DNA of 64,000 nucleotides from Spirochaetes bacterium GWB1_36_13 (GTDB lineage Bacteria; Spirochaetota; GWB1-36-13): NCBI GenBank assembly GCA_001829155.1, contig MIAO01000011.1, positions 2,723 to 66,722 of the forward strand, read 5' to 3'. Shown piece by piece: positions 26,401 to 34,670 of this stretch (position 1 is its first letter; each line of letters starts with the position of its first letter). The notes under the pieces were generated by a model. It saw only the letters and a program-made list of their open reading frames with translations, ran no database searches and was not told where the DNA came from. The position numbers and the translations under genes were made by a program.

Positions 26401-27987
26401 CTGATTTCACCTCCGCCTCACCACGATATTTACTCAATTGAGGATTTGGCTCAGTTGATTTACGATTTAAAAAACGCAAACCCGAGAGCCAGAATATCCG
26501 TCAAGCTGGTATCTGAATCCGGTGTCGGAACCGTTGCGGCGGGAGTTGCGAAAGCTCATGCAGATAATATTTTAATCAGCGGTTATGACGGGGGAACAGG
26601 GGCAAGCCCTCAAAGCTCCATCAAACACGCAGGTCTTCCATGGGAAATCGGACTGGCTGAAACCCATCAGACCCTGGTTTTAAACGACCTCAGAGGGCGG
26701 GTAAGACTTCAGACAGACGGGCAGATTAAAACAGGAAAAGATATTGTGATAGCGGCTATCCTTGGAGCAGAAGAGTTTGGATTTGGAACTTCCGCGCTCA
26801 TTGTTTTAGGATGCGTGATGATGAGAAAATGCCACCTCAATACCTGTCCGGTAGGGGTAGCGACTCAAGATCCTGAGCTTCGAAAACGCTTTGGGGGAAA
26901 ACCTGAATACCTGATTAACTATTTTAAATTTATGGCTGAGGAAGTCAGAGAAATCATGGCAAGCCTGGGAATCAGAAAATTTGATGATCTGGTTGGAAAT
27001 ACCCGGTTGGTTGAAAAAAGAAATATTGACCACTGGAAAGCAAAAACCATAGACCCGAAAGCTCTTCTTTATATCCCTGAAGAGGCAAAAAAACACGCTT
27101 TATTCTGCGTGCAGGATCAAATTCATAAAATTGATGATATTTTAGATAGAAAACTGATCGAAAAAGCAAAATCTGCGATTGAATCCAAACAGCCTGTGAA
27201 AATAGAAATGCCGATTACCAATCTCGACCGATCCACAGGAACCATGCTTTCTTATGAAGTTTCTACAAAATACGGAGACGACGGACTTCCTGAAAACACG
27301 ATTCAATGTCTTTTTAAAGGAAGCGCCGGGCAGAGTTTTGGGGCTTTCCTGGCGAAAGGAATCGAGTTTAGACTGGAAGGAGATTCCAACGATTATTTCG
27401 GAAAAGGTCTTTCAGGCGGAAGGCTGATTGCGGTTCCTCCGAAAGCATCTACTTTCAAACCTGAAGAAAATATTATTATCGGAAATACTGTACTTTACGG
27501 TGCCACTGACGGAGAAGTTTTTGTGCGTGGAATTGCGGGTGAAAGATTCTGTGTCCGAAACAGCGGTGCAAAAGCGGTCATTGAAGGAACAGGAGACCAC
27601 GGAGCGGAATATATGACCGGCGGACTTCTCATTGTCCTCGGAAAAGTCGGAAGAAACTTCGGCGCTGCAATGAGCGGCGGTGTGGCTTTTGTTTTAGATA
27701 AAGACGGAAGTTTTGACTTTTTCTGCAATAAAGGAATGGTTGAACTGACTCCTATTAACACGAAAGAAGATGAAGAAATTTTAAAAACCTGGATCGAAAA
27801 ACACCTGAAATATACTGAGAGTACAGTGGCAAAAGAAATTCTTGACAACTGGGCGGCGATGCTTCCTCAATTTGTAAAAGTGATGCCGCTTGAATATAAA
27901 CGGGCTTTAGAAGAAATGAAGATCAAGGCGCTTGAAAAAGAACTGAAAACGGTCCGCGAAGAAGAAGAGTTGAAAGACAGCCGATAA
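23449..27987 (+). CDS. gltB: Glutamate synthase large subunit
   Basis: 1512 aa. N-terminal amidotransferase Cys (SCGIGFVAN), an FMN-binding central domain and a C-terminal GXGXG domain. Confidence 0.95.
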   Translation: MAAMYPSNQGLYDSQNEHDSCGIGFVANIKGKKSYNIIERGLEVLERMEHRGAESADNKTGDGAGILFQIPHNFYQGELKGLPEFGKYGTGLVFLPKDEKNKEKVKAAFEKVIKAEGLEVFAFRKIEVDSSAIGDIALKSEPSIEQVFITGKDIDSKTLERKLYIVRKLSEKTLRESKIEDASYFYMPSLSSKTIVYKGMLMPDQVKKYFKDLQNPKMESAIALVHSRFSTNTFPAWELAQPFRIVAHNGEINTVKGNRFWMQARESMLESKEFGKDIAKILPVIEPGKSDSASFDNALEMLVAAGRSLPHALMMMIPESWNEKNPISKDIKSFYEYHSTFMEPWDGPASMVFCDGRFVGGTLDRNGLRPSRYVITKNDMIVMGSEVGVQEFAPEEIASKGRLLPGKLLLVDTQEGRIIPDNEIKSKIANQKPYGEWVEKNRLNLPEIAESKNQPAKITGEELKKIEVLFKYSREDLESIIKPMAVNGEEPTGSMGTDTPIAAFSDKPELLFNYFKQTFAQVTNPAIDPIREELVMTLTSYIGSQKNLLDETPEHCQMIKFKTPIFTDKELQKIKDMNHQNFKPAVFDIVFKASEGEKGLEKALDKLAAEIEKKVDQGTNIIILSDRKAGKDMAPIPSLLASAGVHHHLIRVKKRTRIGLVIETAEAREVMHFALLFGYGADAVNPYGAFAVIEEMAAKNEFAKDMTADKAVENFIKANKKGLLKVLSKMGTSTLRSYRAAQIFEAIGLGNALIEKYFTGTQSRIGGVGINEIAAETLLSHKKVFIDTPKLLESEGIYRFRKNGHKHAWNPETIYLLQWATRTGDYQKYKQFSKKADQDTMKPHFIRGLFDFKKQNAVPLSEVESAESIYKRFTTGAMSFGSLSKEVHEAMAIALNAIGGRSNSGEGGEDPERFKRRSDGTLPRSAIKQVASGRFGVTSNYLANADEIQIKISQGAKPGEGGQLPGHKVDEIIARTRYSTPGVTLISPPPHHDIYSIEDLAQLIYDLKNANPRARISVKLVSESGVGTVAAGVAKAHADNILISGYDGGTGASPQSSIKHAGLPWEIGLAETHQTLVLNDLRGRVRLQTDGQIKTGKDIVIAAILGAEEFGFGTSALIVLGCVMMRKCHLNTCPVGVATQDPELRKRFGGKPEYLINYFKFMAEEVREIMASLGIRKFDDLVGNTRLVEKRNIDHWKAKTIDPKALLYIPEEAKKHALFCVQDQIHKIDDILDRKLIEKAKSAIESKQPVKIEMPITNLDRSTGTMLSYEVSTKYGDDGLPENTIQCLFKGSAGQSFGAFLAKGIEFRLEGDSNDYFGKGLSGGRLIAVPPKASTFKPEENIIIGNTVLYGATDGEVFVRGIAGERFCVRNSGAKAVIEGTGDHGAEYMTGGLLIVLGKVGRNFGAAMSGGVAFVLDKDGSFDFFCNKGMVELTPINTKEDEEILKTWIEKHLKYTESTVAKEILDNWAAMLPQFVKVMPLEYKRALEEMKIKALEKELKTVREEEELKDSR

Positions 27988-28016
27988 GCCGAAGACTAAA
28001 AAGAAGGAGATGAACT

Positions 28017-29438
28017 ATGGGAAATCCAAAGGGATTTTTAACGATAAAAAGAAAAGAATCAGGATACCGTCCGGTAGAAGAAAGGCTTCAGGATTACAGT
28101 GAAGTGGAGAAAGAGCTTCCGGAAAAAGAAAGAAAAGACCAGGCAGCCCGATGTATGGACTGCGGTGTCCCTTTCTGCCACTGGGCATGTCCGGTGGGAA
28201 ATGTGATGCCGGAATGGCAGGATATGATCTATAAAGGAGACTGGAAGGCTGCCTACGATATTTTACAGGAAACCAATAATTTTCCTGAGTTTACCGGAAG
28301 AGTCTGCCCTGCGCTCTGCGAACCTTCCTGTGTTCTTTCTGTCAATGACGACCCGGTTACGATCCGTCAGAACGAGCTGGCTGTGATTGAGAAAGCTTTT
28401 CAGGAAGGGTATATCAAAGCCAACCCTCCAAAAGTGAGAACCGGAAAAAAAGTAGCGGTGATCGGAAGCGGCCCTGCGGGACTTGCCTGCTCTGATATTC
28501 TCAATAAAAAAGGACATTCAGTCACTCTTTTTGAAGCGGAAGACGAAGTAGGGGGATACCTCCGGTTTGGAATTCCAGACTTTAAACTGAATAAAAAAAT
28601 GATTGACCGGAGAGTGAATCTTCTCAAAGAAGAGGGAATTGAAATCATGACCGGCAAAACAGTCGGAAAAGATATTTCGATCAAAGACCTCAAAAAGAAA
28701 TATGACGCGGTTTGTATCACCATCGGCGCAAGAGAAGCCAGAGATATTAAAATAGACGGAAGAGACCTGAAAGGAATCCATTTTGCAATGGATTTTCTGG
28801 GGCAGCAGAATAAAATCGTCCGCGGAGATAAAATAGCTGAAGCAGAGCTCATCAATGCGCTGGATAAAAGCGTGGTGGTGATCGGCGGGGGAGACACAGG
28901 CTCCGACTGTGTGGGTACTTCAAACCGGCACGGAGCCAGAAAAGTGGTTCAAATAGAGCTTTTACCCGAACCTCCTAAAAACAGAACCGAGAAAGAACCA
29001 TGGCCTCTCTGGCCGAAAATCCTCAAAACATCCAGCTCCCATGAGGAAGGATGCGAGAGAATGTGGTGCATCTCCACAAAGAAGTTTATCGGCGGAAACG
29101 GGCAGATTAAAAAAATCCTTGCCTGCAAAGTGGAGTGGAAAGCGGATGAAAAGGGAAATTATTCGATGAAGGAAATCCCGGGTTCAGACTTTGAAATCGA
29201 AGCAGACCTGGTATTCCTAGCAATGGGATTTACTCATGTGGTTCAGGAAGGGTTGGTGAAAGAGATGAATCTGAAACTGACACTATCCGGCAATATCGAT
29301 GTCAATGAAAACTATATGACCAGCGAAAAAGGCATTTTCGCCGCTGGAGACGCAAAACGAGGCGCCTCACTGGTTGTCTATGCGATTCAGGAAGGAAGAG
29401 AAGCGGCGGAAGGAATTCATCGGTTCTTATCAAAATAA
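28017..29438 (+). CDS. gltD: Glutamate synthase small (beta) subunit, NADPH-dependent
   Basis: 473 aa. Fe-S Cys clusters (CMDCGVPFC..C). Dinucleotide-binding motifs VAVIGSGPAGLACS and VVVIGGGDTGSD. Confidence 0.9.
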   Translation: MGNPKGFLTIKRKESGYRPVEERLQDYSEVEKELPEKERKDQAARCMDCGVPFCHWACPVGNVMPEWQDMIYKGDWKAAYDILQETNNFPEFTGRVCPALCEPSCVLSVNDDPVTIRQNELAVIEKAFQEGYIKANPPKVRTGKKVAVIGSGPAGLACSDILNKKGHSVTLFEAEDEVGGYLRFGIPDFKLNKKMIDRRVNLLKEEGIEIMTGKTVGKDISIKDLKKKYDAVCITIGAREARDIKIDGRDLKGIHFAMDFLGQQNKIVRGDKIAEAELINALDKSVVVIGGGDTGSDCVGTSNRHGARKVVQIELLPEPPKNRTEKEPWPLWPKILKTSSSHEEGCERMWCISTKKFIGGNGQIKKILACKVEWKADEKGNYSMKEIPGSDFEIEADLVFLAMGFTHVVQEGLVKEMNLKLTLSGNIDVNENYMTSEKGIFAAGDAKRGASLVVYAIQEGREAAEGIHRFLSK

Positions 29439-29448
29439 ATTTTCTATC

Positions 29449-29492
29449 AAAAATCCAGAAAGGGCAGGCTTGAGGGCTTGTCCTTTTTTGGC
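29449..29492 (+). terminator. Terminator hairpin plus T-tract after gltD
   Basis: GGGCAGGCTTGAGGGCTTGTCC stem-loop, followed by TTTTTT. Confidence 0.55.
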
Positions 29493-29602
29493 AGTTTAAA
29501 CGCAGTCTTTAAATAAAGATAATCTGAAAATTTTTCAAAAACGATTGTTTTATATCTCTAAAATTGTTTATATTTTGATATAAAAACTATCGGGGAATAA
29601 AT

Positions 29603-29839
29603 ATGGCATTAATTATTTCGATGGATAAAGCAAACCATGATTTTTTGAAAATCATTGAAAAGGTCAGAAATGGCGAAGAAGTTATATTGGAAGATAATGG
29701 AAATCCCATTATCAACATCTTTCCGTATCGGAAAAAAAAGAATAAAAGAGTTGCAAACCTGGCCAAAGACAAAATATGGATATCAGAGGATTTTGACCAG
29801 CCCTTATCGGATGATATTATCAAGGATTTCTATCAATGA
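29603..29839 (+). CDS. Type II antitoxin, Phd/YefM-like (VapB-type)
   Basis: 78 aa (MALIISMDKANHDFLKIIEKVRNGEEVILEDNGNPIINIF..). Its stop overlaps the start of the PIN toxin gene (ATGA). Confidence 0.65.
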   Translation: MALIISMDKANHDFLKIIEKVRNGEEVILEDNGNPIINIFPYRKKKNKRVANLAKDKIWISEDFDQPLSDDIIKDFYQ

Positions 29840-29999
29840 ATTATTTGCTGGATACACATACTTTTATCTGGTGGGTGAATGAAAGCTCTAAGTTATCCGA
29901 TAAAGTTTATAAAATTATCCAGAATAATGAAAATCAAATTTTAATCAGTGTTGCCAGCCTTTGAGAAATTATAATCAAATCTAAAACCGGAAAAAATAA
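29836..29999 (+). pseudogene. VapC-like PIN-domain toxin, disrupted. The conserved Trp codon is TGA (SVASL*EII..) and the reading frame is lost at the junction with the AT-rich islet.
   Basis: MNYLLDTHTFIWWVNESSKLSDKVYKIIQNNENQILISVASL-stop-EIIIKSKTGK matches the PIN N-terminus (LLDTH..W..SAASLWEIAIK). The rest of the domain is absent. Confidence 0.7.
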
Positions 30000-30093
30000 A
30001 TCGGTGCAGAGACATATCGTACATCATTTTGCGTGTAAATGAAGTTGCCGCAGCGTACTTGGGAAGGCAATTTGGGTGAGCAACGCGAACCAG

Positions 30094-31302
30094 CTACACG
30101 CTGTTAGGCGAAGTATTAATATTTGATTTAGGTAAATAATTCATTAAAAATCTTTTTGTTTCATATTTCTTATATTTTGTTTCAGTAACATATATAACAT
30201 GTACATCAAATAAATACTGATCCTTTCCAATATTTATTTTATCATGGGTCAATTTTTCAATTAAATTAATGTCAATTTTTCCTTTTATAATATACTCTTC
30301 ATCTTGAGAATAGACAGAAAAAGATGGTTCTTTTTTATTTATATTTATCTCAAGAAAATAACCCTCAATTTGAATATCGTCTATTATTTCATCGTAATTT
30401 TCGTTAATAATTTTTTTAACAGATTTTGCTTTTTCAATGTTTATCATAGATTCTTTGATTTCATTTGTTAATGGATTAACCATAGCCGCTGTAAAAATTG
30501 CATTATTTTTTATTATATTATTTAATATTATTGAGTAAGAATGAATAAAACTTTGGTCTTTAGAAAATTTTATTAACTCATCAAAATCTTCTTTTTTAAT
30601 TGCATTGAATAAGTCAATAATTTTATTAGTTTTATCATATTCAGGTAAGTCTAGAAAAAGACTTTTTTCGTAATCAATTTCTATTGAAATCCCTAAAGAA
30701 CTTTGCCTTAAATTTGAAAAAGCAAAGTGTTTATCTAATAATCTTGCATCAATACCTAAACTTTTTTTAATTATTTCAACTACTGGATTTAAGATTTTAT
30801 AAATTGCCCAAGGTTTAATATTATTTATTAATGATTGACTTTTTACATAAAGGTCGAGCAAAATCCTTTCTTTCTTTTTTGATGTAGCAATAAATTCTTT
30901 TTTATCTAACTCAGGTTTTCTTTCTGAAATCAAATATTGAAATCTATAATCTAAAGGTATCGGATTTATAAAATCTTGTAAAGGGTATAAATATGTTTCT
31001 AATAAAGTCCCATTTATCATATCATATCTCAAAAAATAAATACTATTATCTTCAGCACGTTGAAAAGCATCATGTAGTGAAAGTTCTCCAGATTTAAGAT
31101 TTGCTAACCTTTCTGGAGATATGGCTATTGCAATTCTATTTTCAAAATTTTCTAGATAATCTACTAAATATGAAACATAATAATGCCCAAGTTTGTTCTT
31201 TTCTAATGTTAATATTGGGTAATCTTTAAAATCAAGCATTTCAATTACTTCTAATTCTAGAAAATTAAAATTTAATTTAAAATTATTATCTATTTTCATC
31301 AA
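30094..31302 (-). CDS. Hypothetical protein, 402 aa, no recognisable domains. It is the downstream gene of a two-gene AT-rich cassette.
   Basis: Long ORF at ~25% GC against ~37% in its surroundings. It overlaps the upstream ORF by 17 nt, and the sequence is Lys/Asn/Ile-rich. No catalytic motif is visible by eye. Confidence 0.55.
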   Translation of the reverse strand: MMKIDNNFKLNFNFLELEVIEMLDFKDYPILTLEKNKLGHYYVSYLVDYLENFENRIAIAISPERLANLKSGELSLHDAFQRAEDNSIYFLRYDMINGTLLETYLYPLQDFINPIPLDYRFQYLISERKPELDKKEFIATSKKKERILLDLYVKSQSLINNIKPWAIYKILNPVVEIIKKSLGIDARLLDKHFAFSNLRQSSLGISIEIDYEKSLFLDLPEYDKTNKIIDLFNAIKKEDFDELIKFSKDQSFIHSYSIILNNIIKNNAIFTAAMVNPLTNEIKESMINIEKAKSVKKIINENYDEIIDDIQIEGYFLEININKKEPSFSVYSQDEEYIIKGKIDINLIEKLTHDKINIGKDQYLFDVHVIYVTETKYKKYETKRFLMNYLPKSNINTSPNSV

Positions 31303-31684
31303 TTTTTTCTATTCTCCTGATAATTAGTTGAGTAAAAGAAAATTGAGAATACAACCAAATATTATAATGCCCACTAGATTCTTTGAATTTTCCAGCACCA
31401 CAATTATTTTCTAGTTTTATTTCAGCTATAAATTTACCTAATATATTATTTCTTTTAATTTTTGCCTCTTTATATGTAGCAATTGTTTGTTCAAATGTTT
31501 TAAAAAAAGAAACCGCATATGCATCACACATATTTTTATAACGAATATTATTGGGAAAAAGTTTTGCATAAGAAAAAAAATCTGATTCTTTTAAAGTATC
31601 TTCCTGAATAATTCTAAAAACAATATGGTCATATTCTCTAATGTCGGGTGGTGGACACTTCGCAGGTAATGTTTCCTTATACAT
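31286..31684 (-). CDS. Hypothetical protein, 132 aa. It is the upstream gene of the AT-rich two-gene cassette.
   Basis: ORF overlapping the 402-aa gene. No recognisable motif. Same low-GC composition. Confidence 0.5.
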   Translation of the reverse strand: MYKETLPAKCPPPDIREYDHIVFRIIQEDTLKESDFFSYAKLFPNNIRYKNMCDAYAVSFFKTFEQTIATYKEAKIKRNNILGKFIAEIKLENNCGAGKFKESSGHYNIWLYSQFSFTQLIIRRIEKIDENR

Positions 31685-32094
31685 TTCTTATCCTTTTTAA
31701 TATTTCGCCTAACTCAATATATACGAACTTCGCATATCCTTCCCATAAGCTTATCATAACTCTGTTTTAAAATATAGTAAAATGATTCTGAGTTACAAAA
31801 AGTTTATTCCGTTATTTCATTTTCCGGCAGGAAAGAGGCTTGAGGACACAGGAAACGGAGATTTTTTTATAAGGGGTATGATGACTCTCCGTTTCTTTTC
31901 CCGCCGGAAACTAAGGCAGGATGAAATAATAATTATCAAGCTTGATCATGATCAAATTAAACTCTTTTTCCCGCTTTTATCAATAGAACCATGGGTGAAT
32001 TTCAAGACTTTTCCAATAGAACCTCAGGTTCTATACTTGATTTTCAATTTATTGCCAGGGAAGGATTTAATTCTTGCAGAAGAATGATCCAGAG

Positions 32095-32465
32095 GGTTCA
32101 AATCCAAACCCCTAACCCCTTATCCTTAAATCTTTTAAGGACAAGGGGGAGTCCTCCGTGATTTCATCCATGAAATCACGGAGGACGGGGAAACCCTGCC
32201 TCGTGCAGGGTTAAAGAACAGAAAAAAGGTTTCCCGAATTTCTGCAGGTGCTCACTGAGCGAAATCGAAGCGTGCCGGACGGAGGGGAGGTTTATCACCG
32301 AATAAAAAAAACTTAAAATCAAAACCGCAAATTTATGACATCAAATTCTTTTTTTGCCGGAGGCACTTAAAATTTGCAGTTTGTAAAACCAGAAGTTTTA
32401 CTCTTTAAACTCCCCTTGTCTTCCTCCGGGAGATAAGGGGCTGGGGGTTTGTGGGCAAAAAATAT
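32095..32465. repeat. Structured inverted-repeat element (MITE-like) of ~370 bp. Its imperfect terminal inverted repeats are related to a 57-bp G-rich repeat also found at 51007-51063, and it contains perfect internal hairpins.
   Basis: Right end 32407-32463 (aaactccccttgtcttcctccgggagataaggggctgggggtttgtgggcaaaaaat) and left end 32105-32150 (its imperfect reverse complement). Perfect 17-bp hairpin gtcctccgtgatttcat-cc-atgaaatcacggaggac (32151-32186). An 8-bp hairpin aaccctgc-ctcgt-gcagggtt follows. Confidence 0.6.
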
Positions 32466-32632
32466 TTTAGATTTGAATTTACATCTTTAAAGATGTATAT
32501 TTATAATATGAATAAAAGTGAATGGAAAATTATTTATTATGAAGATTCTGAATCCAATTCAGAATTTATGATTTTATTAATTCTTTATCTCTTTAAAAAA
32601 ATATAACGAAAAAAATTTAAGAGAGGATTACA

Positions 32633-32920
32633 ATGAAAACATTTAAAAAACATCTGAATGAAAAATTAAATGATATCAAATTTCAAGAAATGTATGACGA
32701 AGAAAAAAAATTATTAGAAATATCATTGAAAATTCATGATGAAAGAGAGAAGCATGGATTGAGCCAGAATGAAGTTGCAAAGAAGGCTCATATTACTCAA
32801 CAACAATTATCAAAAATTGAAAATGGTGAAAATTGCAATGTTTTAACCTTATTAAAGGTTTGTCATGCGCTTGGATTAAAATTAGACTTTATAAAAAACA
32901 AGGATCATCAATATGTATGA
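32633..32920 (+). CDS. XRE-family helix-turn-helix transcriptional regulator
   Basis: 95 aa with the HTH segment LSQNEVAKKAHITQQQLSKIENGENCNVLTLLKVCHALGLKL. Confidence 0.75.
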   Translation: MKTFKKHLNEKLNDIKFQEMYDEEKKLLEISLKIHDEREKHGLSQNEVAKKAHITQQQLSKIENGENCNVLTLLKVCHALGLKLDFIKNKDHQYV

Positions 32921-33062
32921 TATATTTCAGTGTGGTTTATAAATGTCCCAAGATTTTTTCTAATTGAAATGAGAAAGAACCAGAATATTCGAGTCATATG
33001 AGAAATGCATTCATAAGACATATAATACCGCGAAAAAAATCCCTCTCAAATATAGATTTTAT

Positions 33063-34598
33063 TTACTGCCTTGCCCCCGAAAGCATAATGTTTTTTTCCA
33101 GGCTCCTATATTGAAAAGCTTCTAAAAGATGAGTGTCTTCGATTTCTTTCTTTTCTTCCAGATCGGCAATGGTTCTTGCGGTTTTTAAGATGCGGGTGTA
33201 GGCGCGCATGGAAATTCCGTTTTTTTCGATTGCTTTTTTTAAAAGAGATTTTGAATTTTGTTTTAAATGGCAAAACTTTTCAATTTCTTTTGAAGTCATA
33301 TCAGAATTATATCTGCCTTCTCCCAGTCTTTCTGACTGAATGTTTCTTGCATTTAAAACCCGTTTTCTGATTTCGGTCGAGTTTTCTTCTTTTCTTTCAA
33401 TTTCTTTATAACTGACCTCGCTGACTTGAATCTGAATATCAATCCTGTCGAGAATAGGCCCCGAAATCTTTTGATAATATTTTTTTACCAATGAAGGAGA
33501 GCATTCACAAGTTTTGACAGGATGAAAGGCAAATCCGCAGGGGCATGGATTCATGGCGGCAGCCAAAAGAAAACTGGCGGGAAAAGTCTGGGTCCGCTCA
33601 CTTCGGGTAATGGTGATTTTCTTTTCTTCCAAAGGCTCTCTGAGGGTCTCAAAAACAGCTCTTTTAAACTCAGGAAGTTCGTCTAAAAACAAAACACCCC
33701 TGTGAGCCAGGGTGATTTCACCCGCTTTCGGGATACTTCCCCCTCCCACAATCGATACTTCGCTGGCAGTATGGTGAGGCGAACGAAAGGGGCGTTCGCT
33801 GATTAACCCCAATGCTGTCTCTTTGTGAGACGAAACACTGTAAATACTGGATATCTCAATTGCTTCATCCAGGGTAAGAGGCGGAAGAATACCTGGAAGC
33901 CTTTTTATCAGCATGGATTTTCCCACTCCGGGAGAACCGATCAGTAAAAAATTATGAAATCCCGCAGCGGCAATTTCTATACCCCGTTTTGCCAGAGCCT
34001 GACCCTTGACTTCGGCATAATCATAGTCAAATTCTCTGTCTTGAGTAAAATGAAAATCCAGTTTTTCAGGAACTCTTTGTCCTTGAAGCGCTTCCAGGGC
34101 TTCTTTTAAATTTTCAACAGGATAATAATCAATCTTATCAATCACACAGACTTCCTGAAAATTTTCTCTGGGTAAAATCATTTTTCTGATACCTGATTTT
34201 TTAACATGGATTGCAAGGGGCAACGCTCCCTTGACCGCTCGCACCTCACCGCTGAAAGACAGCTCTCCGGCAATAAAAAAATCCTCAAAGAGCTCGTTTT
34301 CAAAATAACCTGAACTGGATAATATTCCCAAAGCAATCGGGAGATCCAGATAAGTTCCCCCTTTTTTAAGGTCTGCCGGCGCCAGATTGCAAAGAATCCG
34401 CCTGAATCTTAAGTCCATCTCGGAATGGCGGATCGCCTGGAATATTCTGTCCTTTGCCTCTTTGATCGCTGTATCGGGGAGCCCCACTATTTCAAAACCG
34501 GGATAACCGTTTCTATGTTCCACTTCGATTTCGACACCATAGGTTTCAAGTCCGATAATGACACCGCTTTTAATTTTTGCCAGCATTTTTTGCCTCAC
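33063..34598 (-). CDS. comM: YifB/ComM-family Mg-chelatase-like AAA+ ATPase
   Basis: 511 aa. N-terminal Lon-like domain, Walker A GSPGVGKSM, Walker B LFLDELPEF, and a C-terminal ChlI-like region. Confidence 0.9.
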   Translation of the reverse strand: MRQKMLAKIKSGVIIGLETYGVEIEVEHRNGYPGFEIVGLPDTAIKEAKDRIFQAIRHSEMDLRFRRILCNLAPADLKKGGTYLDLPIALGILSSSGYFENELFEDFFIAGELSFSGEVRAVKGALPLAIHVKKSGIRKMILPRENFQEVCVIDKIDYYPVENLKEALEALQGQRVPEKLDFHFTQDREFDYDYAEVKGQALAKRGIEIAAAGFHNFLLIGSPGVGKSMLIKRLPGILPPLTLDEAIEISSIYSVSSHKETALGLISERPFRSPHHTASEVSIVGGGSIPKAGEITLAHRGVLFLDELPEFKRAVFETLREPLEEKKITITRSERTQTFPASFLLAAAMNPCPCGFAFHPVKTCECSPSLVKKYYQKISGPILDRIDIQIQVSEVSYKEIERKEENSTEIRKRVLNARNIQSERLGEGRYNSDMTSKEIEKFCHLKQNSKSLLKKAIEKNGISMRAYTRILKTARTIADLEEKKEIEDTHLLEAFQYRSLEKNIMLSGARQ

Positions 34599-34670
34599 AA
34601 TGATTTGTTAACATACTTAAACAAATTTTAGTGTGGTTTTATGCCGGTAAAAATAAATTTTCTCAATTTT

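Noticed and set aside
23446-27848. Many 60-120-aa minus-strand ORFs inside gltB (e.g. 23673..23918, 24087..24389, 27495..27848)
   Set aside because: They are antisense, out-of-frame ORFs within a strongly supported 1512-aa gltB. They have no RBS and no domain support.
29587-29823. 78-aa minus-strand ORF antisense to the vapB antitoxin
   Set aside because: The plus-strand Phd/YefM-like antitoxin has clear family features and operon logic with vapC. The antisense ORF does not.
29962-29964. TGA inside vapC, possibly decoded as Trp (alternative genetic code)
   Set aside because: TGG encodes Trp throughout the confident CDSs here, and TGA is not used as a sense codon in the confident CDSs. A nonsense mutation in a decaying toxin gene is the simpler explanation.
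31782-32087. 101-aa plus-strand ORF upstream of the AT-rich cassette
   Set aside because: It has low-complexity composition, lies in the promoter/hairpin region of the minus-strand operon, has no RBS and has atypical codon usage. It is likely spurious.
32085-32105. GGTTCAAATCC, a tRNA T-loop-like sequence at the left edge of the inverted-repeat element. It was considered as a tRNA or tRNA 3'-fragment integration site.
   Set aside because: No complementary T-stem, acceptor stem or anticodon arm can be built from the flanking sequence. It is probably a chance match, although an att-site relic cannot be excluded without a tRNA scan.
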